Below, piece after piece: positions 60,267-64,000 of a stretch of 64,000 nucleotides of DNA (the first letter of the stretch is position 1; each line of letters opens with the position of its first letter). Origin of the DNA: Nanobdellota archaeon (GTDB lineage Archaea > Nanobdellota > Nanobdellia > Pacearchaeales > GW2011-AR1); contig JBBSYO010000007.1 in the NCBI GenBank assembly GCA_038045185.1, positions 18 through 64,017 on the forward strand. The letters run 5' to 3'. Below the pieces are notes generated by a model, which was not told the origin of the DNA, searched no databases, and saw only the letters and a list, made by a program, of their open reading frames with translations. The position numbers and the translations under genes are program-made.

Positions 60267-61133
60267 TTATTTGGGTAAGTGCGGAGCAATAAACTCGCGC
60301 ACCACATTACTCTCCAGTGCAAATCCCAATCCCTCCGCTTCTCCAATCTTGAAGTTGTTGACACCAATAACTTGACCCGCACTATTGATAAGAGGTCCGC
60401 CAGAGTTTCCGCGATTGAGAGTTACGTCTGTCTGTATATACGCTTCCAGTCCGTTAGGACCTTCACGATTGACTGCAGACACGATGCCTTCAGTAACGCT
60501 AAAAGACAAACCAAGCGGGTTTCCAATAGCAATGACTTTGTTTCCAATAACTATGCTGTCAGAGTCCGCAAGTTCGAGATGACTGCCCCAATCACTTTCA
60601 ACTTTGAGCAGCGCAAGGTCTTTAGTGCTGTCAGAAGCAATAACACTCGCCGCGTGTGTCTGCCCATTATAATCAATAGCACTTATCTGGCGCGCATCTG
60701 CAATAACATGCTGATTCGTCACAATATACCCTGAAGAATACACGACAAATCCTGTTCCTGCAGACTTATCAGTATTTATGCTTACAACTCCCTTTAACGC
60801 ACCACTAACTATTTCTGAAAAATCGCTATTAGACGCGCGCAACATTGTCAGTTGCCCTTCGATATCGCTCTGTTGGTTTGCAATAGCCTGCTGCAAATCT
60901 GTTCGCTGCGCTGCCATCGCGCGCACAATCTCCTGTATCTGATATTGATTCGCTTCCTGCGCTTCATCAAGCGCGCGCTGCGATTCACTAGCCCCCACGA
61001 GCTGCGCAGTGTGCAACTGCGAAAGCTGCGAAGAAAGCGTGATAAATGCAATAACTTGCACAAGAAAAAGCACGCTCACGACCCCATATAAAATATTTTT
61101 ATGCTTTTTTAGGTGTTTAAGATGGCGCTGCAT
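60267..61133 (-). CDS. HtrA/DegP-like trypsin-fold serine protease without PDZ domain, membrane anchored
   Basis: 288 aa. The catalytic triad context is TNQHVI, DLALLKV and GNSGGPLIN. An N-terminal TM helix and a coiled region are present. Confidence 0.8.
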   Translation of the reverse strand: MQRHLKHLKKHKNILYGVVSVLFLVQVIAFITLSSQLSQLHTAQLVGASESQRALDEAQEANQYQIQEIVRAMAAQRTDLQQAIANQQSDIEGQLTMLRASNSDFSEIVSGALKGVVSINTDKSAGTGFVVYSSGYIVTNQHVIADARQISAIDYNGQTHAASVIASDSTKDLALLKVESDWGSHLELADSDSIVIGNKVIAIGNPLGLSFSVTEGIVSAVNREGPNGLEAYIQTDVTLNRGNSGGPLINSAGQVIGVNNFKIGEAEGLGFALESNVVREFIAPHLPK

Positions 61134-61145
61134 TCTTTCATTACG

Positions 61146-61254
61146 TCACGAACGTTAAAAACCTTGCCCTTTAGGGCAAGGCGTTCGTGAACATCCAAAA
61201 GTCCACGCAAACCCCGGCTTTCAAGCCGAGGTGAACTCAAGGACTTTTTGATGA
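61146..61254. repeat. Hairpin unit of the dispersed family (nested form)
   Basis: TCACGAACG[CCTTGCCC-TTTA-GGGCAAGG]CGTTCGTGA, ACATCC, AAAAGTCC[...]GGACTTTT, TGATGAG. Confidence 0.75.
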
Positions 61255-61314
61255 GAAAATGCTATTTATAGTTTTGCCAAAAAGCTATATAAAGCAATCG
61301 CGCTTGTCTGAACA

Positions 61315-64000
61315 ATGTTAAAGATTCATACGATTGGCGGTTACAATGAGGTGGGCAAAAACATGACTGCTCTCGAGATTGGAAATGATGTTTTCTTGTT
61401 TGATGCCGGTCTCTATCTGCCGGCAATTGTTGGAGTTGAAGAGCGCGAGCGCATCCCAACTGAAAGAGGCATGCGCTCACTCGGAGCCTTGCCTGACGAT
61501 TTATATTTGGACAGAAATAATCTAAGAAATAAGGTGCGTGCGCTTTTGGTGTCGCATGCTCACTTAGACCATGTCGGCGGGGTGCAATTTCTCGCGCATC
61601 GTTATAACGCCCCTGTTCTCGGCACTCCGTTTACGATTGAAGTGCTTAAGACCCTCGCCGAGGACAATAAACAACAGCTCAAGAATGCCCTTATTCCTGT
61701 CAGGTCGAACGGGTCACACATTATCAAAGGCACGCGCGATTACAAGGTTGAATTCATCAATATGACTCACTCAACAATTCAGTCAACAATCGTGGCAGTG
61801 CACACTCCAGACGGCATTGTGTTATATGCCAATGATTACAAACTTGATAACACTCCAGTTTTTGGTGAACCTCCAAATTATGCCCGCCTAAAGGAATTAT
61901 CCAAAATTGGCGTCAAGGCGCTTATTGTTGACTGTCTCTATGCTTCTGACGACAGAAAGACACCCTCGGAAAAGATAGCGCGCGGATTGCTCGAAGATGT
62001 TTTTTTCACGACAGACAATCGCAAATCAGGTATGATAGTAACAACGTTCTCTTCACATATCGCGCGTTTGAAGTCCATTGTAGAATTTGGGAGGCGTTTG
62101 GACCGCGAAGTTGTTTTTGTCGGTCGTAGCCTGCATAAATATGTTTCTGCCGCGCAGGCAGTAGGCAAGGCGCCATTCAGGAATCAGATTACGATGTCGT
62201 CCTATCGCAAACAAACGCAAAAACTTTTGACGCGAATATCAAGGCAGAGGGAAAAATTCTTGCTTGTTTGCACAGGTCATCAGGGAGAGCCAGGCTCGGT
62301 GCTCGACCGCATCTCGCGTCACGAACTGCCTTACAAGTTCGGAAATGAAGACCACATTATCTTCTCTTCGAAAACCATTCCTGCACCAATTAACGAGCTC
62401 AACCGCGCCCAGCTCGAGAAGCGCCTCAAGAAACAGCATGTGCGCATATTTGATAACGTGCACGTTTCAGTTTTGCCAAATACCGAGGTTTTGATAAATG
62501 ATAGCAAGGGAATGAAGATAAAGGAAATTGGCAGCATAGCAAAAGAAGAGGAAAGAGAAATGAAGGTCCCAGCATTTGATCCAGAAGACTTGAGAATTAA
62601 ATGGTACGATGCTAAGGTTATAAAGCACGATTACAAAGGCAAGATTTTCAATATTTCTACAAAATCCGGCAGGAGCGTCTCAATTACATCTGGCCACAGT
62701 CTCTTTAAATTAGAGAAGGGAGAAATCGTTGTAGAAAAGGGAGATAATTTACAGGAGGGAGATTACTTGGCTATACCAAAGAAATTTTCTTGGCATAGTG
62801 AAATAGATGAGATAGAGGTAGGAGATTATCTCTCCCTTGAGGAGAGTCACTATGAGATAAGCGAGGGCTATATAATGTATAATAAGAGAAAAATCTGCCC
62901 AGTTAAATTTAGACTTACAATGGATTTCGCCCGTCTTTTAGGATATTATTTAGCAGAGGGATCAGCACCAAGGCATATCTCCCTAGTAATAGCAAAGCAC
63001 GAAGATGATCTGCTTGAAGAAATAAAAAGATCTCTGGCCAAATGTTTACCGTCAAATGTCAATGTGGCGGATAAGGGAACTTCTTATGAAATCACTTTCG
63101 GCGCTAGAACATTGGGCAGATTATTTAAGGGATGGTTTGGAGAAAATGCCAAAACAAAGAGAATACCCAAATTCGTCTTTTCTGCTTCTAATGAATTCAA
63201 ATTAAACTTTTTAGGTGCATATCTAAACGGCGACGGTTGCATAGACCAGGGAAGCGACCACTTTAGAATAAGAATGAAAACAGCATCTAAAAAATTAGCC
63301 TCGGATCTACTCTATATCTTCTCTCAAGTTGGGATATGTGCCAAATTCGATCACATTGAAGTTCAAAATGAGAGGCATATTGCTGGAAACAAAAATCTTA
63401 CGGCTTCCACCTCTGCTTATGTCATCAGGATTCAAAATATAAATTATTTGGCGATCTTAAAAGACTTCCTATCTGATAAGTTCAAGCTGCAAATAGAAGA
63501 TAAAATGACCAAAACTAAATTTTCACAGGAATTCCCGCCAGAATCTCTGCCGTTAAAACATATAAATCTTGATGAAGTTGAACCTAGAAAATATACCTCT
63601 CTCTACGATATTAAACATTCAAAATCATCGCCCAAGAAACATATGAGCCAAAGACTTCTCGCAGAGCAATCAATTTTTACGAGTGGATTCATTGGCAAGG
63701 TGGTCAAGGGAGATTTATTATTTGATCCCATAGACAAGATAGAAGTATCTAATTATGATGGTCCGGTATATGATTTTACTGTTCCAGGTCCAGAAAACTT
63801 TATTGGTGGATTTGGAGGTATAATGTTACATAATTCGGGCCACGGCGGAAAAGAAGACTTGCGCGACCTGATAAAACTCACGCAACCAGAGCACGTCATT
63901 CCTTCGCACGGCGATTATCCAAAGCTTAAAGCAGGGTACGATTTAGCGATTGAAATGGGATACAAGAAGAATGTAAATGTGCATTTGCTTACTAATGCGC
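61315..64000 (+). CDS. rnj: RNase J (beta-CASP metallo-beta-lactamase ribonuclease), 3' end beyond window, interrupted by an intein
   Basis: The frame is open from ATG 61315 to the window edge with no stop, which is why it is absent from the ORF track. Contains MLKIHTIGGYNEVGKN, SHAHLDHVGG and TGHQGEPGSVL. After removing the insert, the host sequence reads VHV-SGHGGKEDL...PSHG. A TATATAAAG box lies about 25 nt upstream. Confidence 0.85.
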   Translation, partial: MLKIHTIGGYNEVGKNMTALEIGNDVFLFDAGLYLPAIVGVEERERIPTERGMRSLGALPDDLYLDRNNLRNKVRALLVSHAHLDHVGGVQFLAHRYNAPVLGTPFTIEVLKTLAEDNKQQLKNALIPVRSNGSHIIKGTRDYKVEFINMTHSTIQSTIVAVHTPDGIVLYANDYKLDNTPVFGEPPNYARLKELSKIGVKALIVDCLYASDDRKTPSEKIARGLLEDVFFTTDNRKSGMIVTTFSSHIARLKSIVEFGRRLDREVVFVGRSLHKYVSAAQAVGKAPFRNQITMSSYRKQTQKLLTRISRQREKFLLVCTGHQGEPGSVLDRISRHELPYKFGNEDHIIFSSKTIPAPINELNRAQLEKRLKKQHVRIFDNVHVSVLPNTEVLINDSKGMKIKEIGSIAKEEEREMKVPAFDPEDLRIKWYDAKVIKHDYKGKIFNISTKSGRSVSITSGHSLFKLEKGEIVVEKGDNLQEGDYLAIPKKFSWHSEIDEIEVGDYLSLEESHYEISEGYIMYNKRKICPVKFRLTMDFARLLGYYLAEGSAPRHISLVIAKHEDDLLEEIKRSLAKCLPSNVNVADKGTSYEITFGARTLGRLFKGWFGENAKTKRIPKFVFSASNEFKLNFLGAYLNGDGCIDQGSDHFRIRMKTASKKLASDLLYIFSQVGICAKFDHIEVQNERHIAGNKNLTASTSAYVIRIQNINYLAILKDFLSDKFKLQIEDKMTKTKFSQEFPPESLPLKHINLDEVEPRKYTSLYDIKHSKSSPKKHMSQRLLAEQSIFTSGFIGKVVKGDLLFDPIDKIEVSNYDGPVYDFTVPGPENFIGGFGGIMLHNSGHGGKEDLRDLIKLTQPEHVIPSHGDYPKLKAGYDLAIEMGYKKNVNVHLLTNA
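62467..63834 (+). mobile_element. 456-aa intein with LAGLIDADG homing-endonuclease domain inside RNase J
   Basis: It splits the conserved VHVSGH motif. Block A is SVLPNTEVLIND (Ser1) and block B is SITSGHSLF. The endonuclease motifs are LLGYYLAEGSA and FLGAYLNGDGCI. The C-terminal blocks are VYDFTVPGPENFIGGFGGIMLHN, followed by Ser at +1. Confidence 0.8.

Overview
This is an AT-rich archaeal chromosome segment that looks like a small-genome DPANN-type archaeon. Supporting markers are the exosome subunits Rrp4/Rrp41/Rrp42, proteasome alpha, Hjc, RpoK, ribosomal proteins S19e/L31e/L39e/S2, Pop5, Cbf5, SBDS and RNase J. TTTAAATA-like TATA boxes sit about 25 nt upstream of many start codons, so most genes look leaderless.

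Housekeeping content:
- lysS (class II), trmY, cbf5, alkD-like and the S19e-L39e-L31e cluster.
- tRNA-Phe, and an RNase P RNA that the ORF track covers with spurious ORFs.
- A 16S-tRNAAla-23S operon.
- The rps2...eno-rpoK-rrp42-rrp41-rrp4-SBDS-psmA superoperon.
- An RNase J gene that runs off the right edge, so it is missing from the ORF track. It contains a LAGLIDADG intein.

Accessory content:
- Several large secreted or surface proteins (LamG x3, PKD+GLUG, CARDB+Cys repeats and others).
- Many toxin-antitoxin-like pairs (Fic, Doc+RHH, three RelE-like, PIN, RHH+GIY-YIG).
- Two DUF4143 ATPases and remnants of IS66-like and IS630-like transposases.

Most unusual observations:
1. Four insertions interrupt the rRNA genes. 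Three share a group-I-like core. In two of them the cargo includes a complete toxin-antitoxin pair: RelE-type in the 23S, PIN/VapC-type in the 16S.
2. Two paralogous tRNA-like cloverleafs lie antisense inside the two 16S insertions. Both combine a tRNA-Ala-type acceptor (G3-U70, A73) with a CUC anticodon loop.
3. A dispersed family of two-hairpin units has conserved linkers and covarying stems. One copy has inserted into one of the tRNA-like genes.
4. A three-gene cassette is bracketed by about 200-bp direct repeats of the acylphosphatase 3' end.

All intron and RNA boundaries were estimated by eye and need covariance-model confirmation.
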